Assembly: GCA_050951325.1 (NCBI GenBank)
Contig: JBMNIW010000011.1
Coordinates: 86,190 to 150,189, forward strand
Direction of reading: 5' to 3'
DNA: 64,000 nt
Origin: Clostridia bacterium
GTDB lineage: Bacteria; Bacillota; Clostridia; UBA1212; DUPL01
The notes beneath the pieces were generated by a model. That model searched no databases, was not told the origin of the DNA, and saw only the letters and a program-made list of their open reading frames with translations. The translations under genes and the position numbers were made by a program. Position 1 is the stretch's first letter. The number at the start of each line of letters is the position of its first letter. Below are positions 1 through 8,203 of this stretch, in pieces.

Positions 1-2
1 TC

Positions 3-113
3 AAGGTGGCGGACAGTGTAGAAAAGGAAGACGATATTCTCGACTACTACGTCTCGGGAGATTCGGTACCATTGGGCAGATTGTCCTATTTGTACTCAAG
101 AAAAAAACAGTAA
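3..113 (+). CDS. 3' end of a GH99/GH71-like glycoside hydrolase paralog (truncated by window edge)
   Basis: Frame from nt 3 reads KVADSVEKEDDILDYYVSGDSVPLGRLSYLYSRKKQ*, nearly identical to KVADSIEKEDDIMDYYVSGESVPLGRLSFSY near the end of the 130..2085 protein. Confidence 0.85.
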   Translation, partial: KVADSVEKEDDILDYYVSGDSVPLGRLSYLYSRKKQ

Positions 114-129
114 CGGAAAGAGGTATGGT

Positions 130-2085
130 ATGATGAAACATTTTCTCTCATTAATATTAACAATTCTCTTAGTATTAACTGTGTTGTTTGCACAGGTTTC
201 CAGTGTAGGAAACTCGAACAATGCAAACAAATTATCGGTAACATACATTACAGGAACCGATGCTTTGGGAAGAAAAATCAAACCAGTAGCTGATTTCAGA
301 GAGGACAGGTTTGTCGGAATCTTCTACTTTGCCTGGCATAACTCAGACCAGCATAAAGTGTTTGACGTAACGAAAATTCTTAGGGAAAACCCGGATGATT
401 TGTGGAGCATGGATCCTAGAAACACCGTAGCTCCCAGAGCAAACTACTATTTCAATGAGCCCTTGTACGGCTACTACAGCTCATCCGACCCTTACGTAAT
501 CAGAAAGCATATTGAGCTTTTCATAGCAGCTGGCATTGATTTTATCGCCTATGACTTTACAAACTTCAAAATTTACTGGGATCCGTTGTACAGAATGCTG
601 GATCTGCTAATTGAATACGACAATGCCGGCTGGAAGGTTCCACAGGTTATGTTCTTTACAAAGAAAGACTGCGCAAATCAGATCCCACAGTTGTATGAAA
701 AACTGTATATGGAAGAGAAATACTCCCATCTTTGGTTTAGAGGCAGTGGCAGCAAACCCTATCTGATAGGAGAACCAAAAGACATACCTGAGGAATATCA
801 CGACTACTTCAATCTAAGGTACTCCTTCTGGCCTTCCGATCCATACAGAGAGGACGGCTGGCCTTATGTGGACAAGGTACGACCGCAAAGGGTGTTTACA
901 AACCTTGTCAGCGTATCTGTAGCCCAGCATACAGGAGGTGCCTTCAGCTGGTCAATAAAAGGACCGAACAACCAGCAAAGACCGAGTTGGGGAAGAGGAT
1001 ATACGCTTGGCAACCCTACCAATGGAGATCCGGAAGCAATTGTTCGGGGAGACAACTTCCAGGAGCAGTGGGATACAGCTATAGAGTTGGATCCGGAAAT
1101 CATTTTCGTTACTGGTTGGAACGAATGGATTGCAGGCAAGTTCATCGACGAGGATCCGAAATACGGCGGCGTCCCCTACTGGGTGGATACCTTCAATACC
1201 GAATTCTCAAGAGATGCGGAGATGACCAAATCAAGAGGGTATGTGGTGGATGAGAAAGGCAACTTCCTTGAAGAGGGTTACGGCGACAACTTCTACATGC
1301 AGATGGTTGAAAATATTAGAAGGTACAAAGGCTTACCCATTACCGAATCAAATTATGTGGAACCTTTGTCAAAAACAATAGACATCTTTGGCGATGTTTC
1401 TCAATGGAATGATGTCAATAGAGTCTACTTAAGCCACGCTACTGAGAAGGTTGAAAGGGATTTTAGAGGATATGTAGCAAGGATGAAGTACACTCAGGCA
1501 AAACCTGAAAACGTTGTAAAGGAAATACGCGTAACTCACGATAATGATAATTTGTACTTCTATATAAAGACTGAAAACGACATTACTGATTACGAGGGCG
1601 GAAAAACCAACTGGATGAATCTTTTTATTGGTATTGATGGCAGGAAGGGCAATTCCTGGGAGCACTACCACTACGTTGTAAACAGGCACCCTCAAGAGAA
1701 GAGCACTTCCTTGGAAAAGTTCACAAACGGTTACGAAGGCGAGGTTGTTTCCGAAGTTAAATACAGTGTTAAAGGTAATGTTATGCAGCTGGAGATACCA
1801 AGGAAAAACCTGGGCCTTGATGACGACTTCTCCATCTATTTCAAGGTTGCAGATTCCATCGAGAAAGAAGACGACATTATGGACTATTACGTTTCCGGAG
1901 AATCCGTGCCTTTAGGAAGACTCTCTTTCAGTTATTTCGGCAGTCTGGAAGCTGTGAAAAATTTGGATGAGGAACCCGCAAGTTCTCCCCAAATACTTAA
2001 GTGGATTATTCTTATTGCTTGCACGATTATTATTTGCGCTTGTATTTTAATCCTTGGATTGGGAACAAAGAAACAAAAATTGTAA
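130..2085 (+). CDS. Secreted, C-terminally membrane-anchored GH99/GH71-like TIM-barrel glycoside hydrolase
   Basis: Signal peptide; VGIFYFAWH, EPLYGYYSSSDPYVIRKHIELFIAAGIDFIAYD and VTGWNEW motifs resemble GH99-like enzymes; C-terminal TM helix plus basic tail; RBS GAGG. Confidence 0.7.
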   Translation: MMKHFLSLILTILLVLTVLFAQVSSVGNSNNANKLSVTYITGTDALGRKIKPVADFREDRFVGIFYFAWHNSDQHKVFDVTKILRENPDDLWSMDPRNTVAPRANYYFNEPLYGYYSSSDPYVIRKHIELFIAAGIDFIAYDFTNFKIYWDPLYRMLDLLIEYDNAGWKVPQVMFFTKKDCANQIPQLYEKLYMEEKYSHLWFRGSGSKPYLIGEPKDIPEEYHDYFNLRYSFWPSDPYREDGWPYVDKVRPQRVFTNLVSVSVAQHTGGAFSWSIKGPNNQQRPSWGRGYTLGNPTNGDPEAIVRGDNFQEQWDTAIELDPEIIFVTGWNEWIAGKFIDEDPKYGGVPYWVDTFNTEFSRDAEMTKSRGYVVDEKGNFLEEGYGDNFYMQMVENIRRYKGLPITESNYVEPLSKTIDIFGDVSQWNDVNRVYLSHATEKVERDFRGYVARMKYTQAKPENVVKEIRVTHDNDNLYFYIKTENDITDYEGGKTNWMNLFIGIDGRKGNSWEHYHYVVNRHPQEKSTSLEKFTNGYEGEVVSEVKYSVKGNVMQLEIPRKNLGLDDDFSIYFKVADSIEKEDDIMDYYVSGESVPLGRLSFSYFGSLEAVKNLDEEPASSPQILKWIILIACTIIICACILILGLGTKKQKL

Positions 2086-2097
2086 GGAGATGATGGT

Positions 2098-2946
2098 ATG
2101 AAAAAGATTTTTCTTGTTTTACTAGCTACATTAATATTTGCCATGTCTTTTTCTGTACATGGTGAAGAAGAAAGAGTAAATCTCATAAACGAGCATACGG
2201 AGACCCTTGAAATGATTGATGCAGAGTTTGACGACGGGGTATTTAGAATAACGAACCCCAACAAACCAGTTCTGGCACTTTTTGGAATCCCAGGTCTGAC
2301 AAACAACTATACTTGGTCAGGAGACGTCAAAATCATTGAGTATGGTGATGATAGAACTCCAAATGGAGTGAGACTCTGCGTAGGATACGATGTTGATACA
2401 GGAGCGTATCTTAACCTTATCATCACCCGAAGCATAGGCATTGCAGCTGAAGTTCGCGGAGGAGGAACTTATATTCCCGATGTATATAAGCTTACAAAGG
2501 AACATTTTGACAGGATACTTGACCCAGGCGCCGAGTTCCACTTTGAAGTTATTAAAAATGGTACTCATGTTATCCTGAAGATTGACGGAGATGTGGTAAT
2601 GGATTATGTCTTCCCAGAAGAGTATGACTACTTCACAGAAGACGATGACTACCAGATTGGATTTCATGCGGAAAAGTGTGCCATTGAGGTTAGAAACCTG
2701 GCAGTTTACTGCGAGGATGTGGAGATTACACCAGAACCTACGGAAACTCCAGTTCCTGAGGAAACTGAAACTCCAACCCCAACCGAAGCACCAAAAACGA
2801 CACCAACTCCAAAGAAAGGAAAACCAGCTACGGAATCAGATAAAGGAAATGAAGTTGATCCATTTATAATTGCAGTGATTGTCGCAACACTTGTTATAAT
2901 TTCCGTTACTGTGGCCGTGGTGGTTATTAGAAGGAAAAAGAACTAA
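2098..2946 (+). CDS. Membrane-anchored beta-sandwich (ConA/DUF1080-like) surface protein
   Basis: Signal peptide, beta-rich domain ending IGFHAEKCAIEVRNLAVY, P/T/E linker, TM helix and RRKKN tail; RBS AAGGAG. Confidence 0.6.
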   Translation: MKKIFLVLLATLIFAMSFSVHGEEERVNLINEHTETLEMIDAEFDDGVFRITNPNKPVLALFGIPGLTNNYTWSGDVKIIEYGDDRTPNGVRLCVGYDVDTGAYLNLIITRSIGIAAEVRGGGTYIPDVYKLTKEHFDRILDPGAEFHFEVIKNGTHVILKIDGDVVMDYVFPEEYDYFTEDDDYQIGFHAEKCAIEVRNLAVYCEDVEITPEPTETPVPEETETPTPTEAPKTTPTPKKGKPATESDKGNEVDPFIIAVIVATLVIISVTVAVVVIRRKKN

Positions 2947-3067
2947 ATGAGCACTAGATGTTAAAAATAGTATAACTTTTGGTTAATTTATATACTACTT
3001 TTTACAACCTGATTTATCTATAATATTTATAGAGACAAGTTGTAGATTAATAAATGGGAGGATTAAA

Positions 3068-4636
3068 ATGAGAAACTCTTTAATTAAAATCTTGGTAATC
3101 AGTTTAATTCTGTGCCTTGTTATTCCCACACTGCCAACAGGCGCACAAGAAAAAAAGAATCTGGTAACTGACAGCACTACTCTCATAGGTAGTGAAAATG
3201 GAACCTTTGAGGATGGCGTGTTCAAGCACACCAACCCAAGCGGCGAGCACATGACATTTCTCAATATCCCAAATCTGATTAACCAGTATTCTTGGTCAGG
3301 AGATGTTAAAATCCTAGAATACGGCACCGACTCCCCAGCAAACGGAGTAAGGTTCTGTATCGGACATGACAAAGACAAGAATGCCTATCTCAACCTGATA
3401 CTTACCCGCAGCGTAGGTATTTCTGCAGAGAAAAGAGGCGCAGTTTATGAGAGCGACGTTTATCCTCTTTCCAAGGAAAGCTTCGACAGAGCGCTTGAAC
3501 CGGGTGACGAATTCCATTTTGAAATCAGGAAACAGGGTAATTATGTAATGATGCTTGTTGACGGAGAAGTTGTTATGGATACAGCATTCCCAAGCAGATA
3601 CGACTTCTTTACCCCTGGCAACGAGGCAAACATAGGATTCTACAGCGCAAACTGCTCTTTTGAAGTTAGAAACATTGAAGTATATAACGAACCTGATCTT
3701 CTGTTCAGCAATCAGTACACTTTGACATTCAATGATCTGGCACTGGGCGAACTGGCAAGAGGCAGATATGACAACTGGTTTATTGAATGGCCTTCAAGCA
3801 ATATTTCCTCGGTTGGAGAAAGCGGCGACCTGAAATATCTTGAGGTTAAAGGATACTTCCAGACAGTATTTGCTTATCCTGTGGCGGAAAAGTACACAGT
3901 GGACATGAAAATGCTTGCTACAAACCTTTCATCAAATGCTGGTTTGTTTATAAGGTCAAGCCATGACAGATTCCTTGCAAACAGCAAGAGTGCACCTAAT
4001 GCCGAATACTTTGAAGCTGATGGTGCAGGCTCAATTGGCGGAACTGGTCTTTTCCTGAAACCATTGCATGATAAAAATGTTATGCAAATCGTTATAAAAC
4101 AATACGACGAATCTGCCGCCAAGAAAATAGCGGCCCCGGCTGTAACAATAGATATCTCCAGCATCATGGGAGAAAACGACCAGACAACCGCAATTACAAA
4201 TATTCGTTTTGCTGACGAAGGTTCAGTTATAAAGGCTTATGTAAACGACACCCTGATTGCTACTATTGAGCTTTCAAGCGAAACAATTACATATCCTGAT
4301 TTCGACCAGATAGCAAATTTTGGCAAGAGCACCGAAACATATGTAAAGACAGCCACAGTCAAGGACGCCAACGGTGAAGTATTGCTTACCATAAACAATA
4401 CCCTTGTTTGTGCTGAATACAGCATTATGGGATTTGCTACAAGAAATCAAAGCCAGGATCATCCTCTTTTCATAGATGACTTGAATGTGGAAATCGACAT
4501 GGTAAAATTGGATGTTCCACAGGAACCTGAAACAGAAGAACCAATTCCTGAAACAGGGGATGTGTTTGCTCTTTTCCCAATGATTACATTACTTGGACTT
4601 GCTGCGGTTCCTGCAAAGATTAGAAAGAAGAAATAA
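3068..4636 (+). CDS. Sortase-anchored surface protein with two beta-sandwich domains
   Basis: Signal peptide; N-domain paralogous to 2098..2946; C-terminal IPETGD, hydrophobic stretch and KIRKKK; RBS GGGAGG. Confidence 0.7.
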   Translation: MRNSLIKILVISLILCLVIPTLPTGAQEKKNLVTDSTTLIGSENGTFEDGVFKHTNPSGEHMTFLNIPNLINQYSWSGDVKILEYGTDSPANGVRFCIGHDKDKNAYLNLILTRSVGISAEKRGAVYESDVYPLSKESFDRALEPGDEFHFEIRKQGNYVMMLVDGEVVMDTAFPSRYDFFTPGNEANIGFYSANCSFEVRNIEVYNEPDLLFSNQYTLTFNDLALGELARGRYDNWFIEWPSSNISSVGESGDLKYLEVKGYFQTVFAYPVAEKYTVDMKMLATNLSSNAGLFIRSSHDRFLANSKSAPNAEYFEADGAGSIGGTGLFLKPLHDKNVMQIVIKQYDESAAKKIAAPAVTIDISSIMGENDQTTAITNIRFADEGSVIKAYVNDTLIATIELSSETITYPDFDQIANFGKSTETYVKTATVKDANGEVLLTINNTLVCAEYSIMGFATRNQSQDHPLFIDDLNVEIDMVKLDVPQEPETEEPIPETGDVFALFPMITLLGLAAVPAKIRKKK

Positions 4637-4654
4637 TTGCTGACTAACTAGAAT

Positions 4655-4688
4655 AAGGCCCCGACATTTTGTCAGGGCCTGATTTTTA
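4655..4688. terminator. Intrinsic terminator between convergent genes
   Basis: AGGCCCCGACA-TTT-TGTCAGGGCCT hairpin followed by a T tract. Confidence 0.75.
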
Positions 4689-4692
4689 TACT

Positions 4693-5583
4693 CTATTTCA
4701 AAAAGGACTCTTGAAAAACTGGCTGAAAGTATAGCATTGCGCCGTTCTCGCCTATTGCCTCCACCCTTACATACTTCTCACCAGTCAAGTTATACACTCC
4801 TTCTTTTCCAAACTGCACATCCAGAACTTTTCCATTCTCGCTTATGAATCGGTAAGTAAACTCATCCACATAAGTTGCAATGGGATATCTTGCCTTTACT
4901 CTTATGATGTTGTCCTCCAGATGGAGATACTCGGGATACAAACCACTGGATGCACAAAAGCTTCCCTTGTCTATGGATTCTTTTAATGCCCTAAAACTTG
5001 GTTCCTTTGCAAAAATTACGTTAAAGCTTCTTCCTGCATCAGGGATTGCATGAAAGTCATCATTTCCAAAACCATATACCAGTCTGCCATTTGAGAGTAA
5101 ATAATCCCAGGCATCTGCTGCAAGGCCTGAACCTGACAAGCGATAAATGAGCATGTTTAAAACCTCAATGCCCTTGTAGCCTTGCAGGCTCATCATTTTA
5201 TCATGACTCCAGTACCCTTTTCTTCCCCAGTTTGGGTGACACAGTACCGTAAATCCTCCTATTTCGTTTGTAATATCTATTGCGGTTTGATGAACACTTT
5301 CATGCAGGGATCTATCAACACCAATTGTGAGCATGTGCTCGGATCTTGAATATTCAACACCAGGAATCATTAAAATCCTGTCATCCGTATACTCGCTTGT
5401 ATCTGTAAATAAATCATGGTTTGAAATACATAAGACATCATATTTCAAATGCTTGTATGTATTTACAACCACATCGATGGGATTGGCTCCGCATGTGCCA
5501 GGACCTGTACCTGCATGGGTGTGGAAATTGGCTTTCATCCATTTGCCGTCCGTCAAATTCTCGTATGGATTTACATATTCCAT
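4693..5583 (-). CDS. PHP-domain metallohydrolase (CehA/McbA-like)
   Basis: ANFHTH, ISNHD, GVEYS, LCHPNW, GIEVLN and NDDFH motifs; start moved to ATG at 5583 behind AAAGGA. Confidence 0.8.
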   Translation of the reverse strand: MEYVNPYENLTDGKWMKANFHTHAGTGPGTCGANPIDVVVNTYKHLKYDVLCISNHDLFTDTSEYTDDRILMIPGVEYSRSEHMLTIGVDRSLHESVHQTAIDITNEIGGFTVLCHPNWGRKGYWSHDKMMSLQGYKGIEVLNMLIYRLSGSGLAADAWDYLLSNGRLVYGFGNDDFHAIPDAGRSFNVIFAKEPSFRALKESIDKGSFCASSGLYPEYLHLEDNIIRVKARYPIATYVDEFTYRFISENGKVLDVQFGKEGVYNLTGEKYVRVEAIGENGAMLYFQPVFQESFLK

Positions 5584-5726
5584 ATCTACCAGTCCTTTCA
5601 ATTCACAACTTAACAACACCGATATAATATACACATCATATCGATTTGTCCATGAGATTTTAAAAAGTAAATAAAAAAACCAGTAATAATGTTGAAAATA
5701 CATATTTTCATTTTGTTTCTTTATAA

Positions 5727-5873
5727 GCCAATTTTGACAATGTTATTCTGACAATCGAAAAAGAAGATGCACCACAGAATCCTGAGACAAGCGATGCAAT
5801 TAGCGTTATGGCATTCGTAATTTTAATGGCTTTCATATCTATTCTGATTAAGAGAAGATTTGCTTATAACTAA
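5727..5873 (+). pseudogene. Orphan C-terminal cell-wall sorting signal (gene remnant)
   Basis: Start-less frame ANFDNVILTIEKEDAPQNPETSDAISVMAFVILMAFISILIKRRFAYN*, preceded by in-frame TAA at 5724-5726 and followed by a terminator. Confidence 0.65.
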
Positions 5874-5901
5874 AAAACGAGGCGTTTCGCCTCATTTTTT
5901 T
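5872..5901. terminator. Bidirectional intrinsic terminator
   Basis: AAAAAAC-GAGGCG-TTT-CGCCTC-ATTTTTTT. Confidence 0.75.
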
Positions 5902-5904
5902 CAA

Positions 5905-6393
5905 CTAATTTGAGTTATTGTTGTTATCATGGAATATCTGGTCAAGAACAATTACAAGAGCCAGCATTAGCACTTGGTCTTCACCATCGTCAACATATAC
6001 CTTGTAGCTATCCGTCCATGAGAAGAACTTCTTTGATACTGATGCCACAATACTTCCATTCTTCCTTACATTGAAATCGTAGGCAAACACATTACCGTCC
6101 ACATCAAATCTACCCAAATCGCTCTCAATGTACAACTTGGGTCTGAAGAAGGAAAACTCTTTCTTTACCATTGCAACATGAGCATTGTTCATATATATGT
6201 GATACTCCGGAAGGAATCTGAATATTCTCTGTTCAATGTATACAAGTTCCCTGTTCTGTAAATCCAATATTCTCAATTTGTTCCCTATTGCAAATATCTT
6301 GCCCTGCACATAATACATGTCATTGTCATTTATGTCTTTTATCGTAAACCTGTCGCCAATGGAAAAAATCTTCTGTCTTATCTTGTACTCCAC
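5905..6393 (-). CDS. LURP-one-related / Tubby C-terminal-like (YxjI-type) protein
   Basis: YKIRQKIFSIGDRFTIKD ... VSKKFFSWTDSY ... LALVIVLDQ pattern; GTG start with AGGAGG. Confidence 0.85.
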   Translation of the reverse strand: MEYKIRQKIFSIGDRFTIKDINDNDMYYVQGKIFAIGNKLRILDLQNRELVYIEQRIFRFLPEYHIYMNNAHVAMVKKEFSFFRPKLYIESDLGRFDVDGNVFAYDFNVRKNGSIVASVSKKFFSWTDSYKVYVDDGEDQVLMLALVIVLDQIFHDNNNNSN

Positions 6394-6405
6394 TTAACAC
6401 ACCTC

Positions 6406-7272
6406 CTATCTTTTGCTACCCTTTAATGGATTTATCCTTTTCATACTTGTCAATAACGAAAAAGAGGAAAGAACAAATAAAAAGATTACATTCACAATTA
6501 CCAACGTATACAATTGATACGAAGTTACAGCAAAAATGTTTGATCCTGTGGAGCCCTGCAATGCAAGGGACATTGCTCCCAAAAAGGCTATGAAGGGATT
6601 AAAGTAGAAGGCCTTTGCAAAATCCGGGTAAACGCCTCTCTGACTTAAAAAGAACAGCTCTGCATAACCGATTACCAATGACAATATGAAAATTAGGAAT
6701 ATGGTCAAATAAGCCATGATAGAGCTGGTGACCGTTCTTTTAAATACCGTTGAGTAAAACAGACCAATGCTTCCTGCAGTCAGGGATACCAGAAAATAAT
6801 ACAGCATGACTGTAACAACCGCCATGGGGTTTACACCTCCGAACAGAAATGCGATGCTGTACAAAGGAATGGATGCTACAAACATCAATAGTATCCACAG
6901 AAGAGAAGATACGAGCTTGCCAATCACAATCTTGGCAGGGCTCATCTGAGTACATAGAAGAAGATCCAATGTCTGCTTTTCTCTTTCCGAGGAAATTGCA
7001 CCAGCCGTTGATGCGGGCGCAACCAGAACAATTATGAAGAACTGCACAATTGAAAGTGTGTAGAAAATGACAAGACCCACCTCGCTGTAATCTGCAGAGC
7101 TATATCCATAGCGCATCGTACTCAAAGCCATGGATGCGAATATTAACAGAAAAATAACCAGAATGAAGATGTAGACAAGTAGAGCTATGGGTGACCTCCA
7201 GCTTCTCATCCTGATTTTCATTTCTGAAGATATTATGGGATTATTCACTTTAATTTTAATTTTCATTGCCAA
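6406..7272 (-). CDS. ABC-2 type exporter permease
   Basis: Six TM helices; AGAISSEREKQTLDLLLCTQMSPAKIVIGKL motif. Confidence 0.85.
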   Translation of the reverse strand: MAMKIKIKVNNPIISSEMKIRMRSWRSPIALLVYIFILVIFLLIFASMALSTMRYGYSSADYSEVGLVIFYTLSIVQFFIIVLVAPASTAGAISSEREKQTLDLLLCTQMSPAKIVIGKLVSSLLWILLMFVASIPLYSIAFLFGGVNPMAVVTVMLYYFLVSLTAGSIGLFYSTVFKRTVTSSIMAYLTIFLIFILSLVIGYAELFFLSQRGVYPDFAKAFYFNPFIAFLGAMSLALQGSTGSNIFAVTSYQLYTLVIVNVIFLFVLSSFSLLTSMKRINPLKGSKR

Positions 7273-8188
7273 TTACCTCCAGGAAGATTTGTTCAAGGGA
7301 TTGAACCGTCTTGCTAATTGACACTATCCTTACATCGGACAGCGCAAATGCTTTTATGAGTTTTGAAATATCCTCATCAGTACCGTTAAACACTGCTTCA
7401 ACATTGTTTCCTTCCCTTACCATTTCACCTACCAAGTCATTGGTACGCATTACAGCAACGCCGTTCTGCAAGTCCTCATCGGCAAGGAAGCCTATTGTTA
7501 TTTTAGCACGTCTGCCCATCGTATCCATAATTTCATCAATATTTCCGGAAACCACTGCCTTGCCTCGTGAAAGAATGCAAACCCTGTCGCACATTTCAGA
7601 AAGTTCGGGCAGTATGTGGGAGCTTATGAGTATGGACTTGCCCTGAGCTTTTAATGCTTTTAGTATGAATTTCATTTCCGCTCTTGCCTGTGGGTCCATG
7701 CCTGATGCCGGTTCGTCCAGGATAAGGAGCTTGGGCTCGTGGATAAGGCTTCTGGCAAGACACAATCTCTGCTTCATTCCCCTTGAAAGGGTATCAACAT
7801 ATTTGTCCTTCTTGTCTGCCAGGTTTACAAGGCGAAGCAGGTCGTCTATAAGGGGGCCTCTTTCACCCTTTGGCACATTGTGAGCATCTGCATAAAAATC
7901 CAGATACTCATCCACTTTCAAGTTGTCGTATACTCCAAAAAAGTCCGGCATGTAACCGATAAGTTTTTTTGCTTTTGCCGGATTCTGCATAATGGATATT
8001 CCATCTATGTAGGCTTCACCAGCTGAAGCATTCATAAGGCATGCCAATATCTTCATCGCAGTGGTCTTTCCAGCGCCGTTTGGACCCACAAAACCATATA
8101 TCTCGCCTTCCCTGACTTCTATGTTCAATTTGTCAAGAGCAAGGAAGTTACCGTAATATTTAGTCAAATTAACTGTTTTTAATAACAT
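7256..8188 (-). CDS. ABC transporter ATP-binding protein
   Basis: Walker A GPNGAGKT, signature LSRGMKQR, Walker B LLILDEP, H-loop SSH; probable start MLLKT at 8188. Confidence 0.95.
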   Translation of the reverse strand: MLLKTVNLTKYYGNFLALDKLNIEVREGEIYGFVGPNGAGKTTAMKILACLMNASAGEAYIDGISIMQNPAKAKKLIGYMPDFFGVYDNLKVDEYLDFYADAHNVPKGERGPLIDDLLRLVNLADKKDKYVDTLSRGMKQRLCLARSLIHEPKLLILDEPASGMDPQARAEMKFILKALKAQGKSILISSHILPELSEMCDRVCILSRGKAVVSGNIDEIMDTMGRRAKITIGFLADEDLQNGVAVMRTNDLVGEMVREGNNVEAVFNGTDEDISKLIKAFALSDVRIVSISKTVQSLEQIFLEVIGNEN

Positions 8189-8203
8189 ATATCTCAACCT
8201 CAC

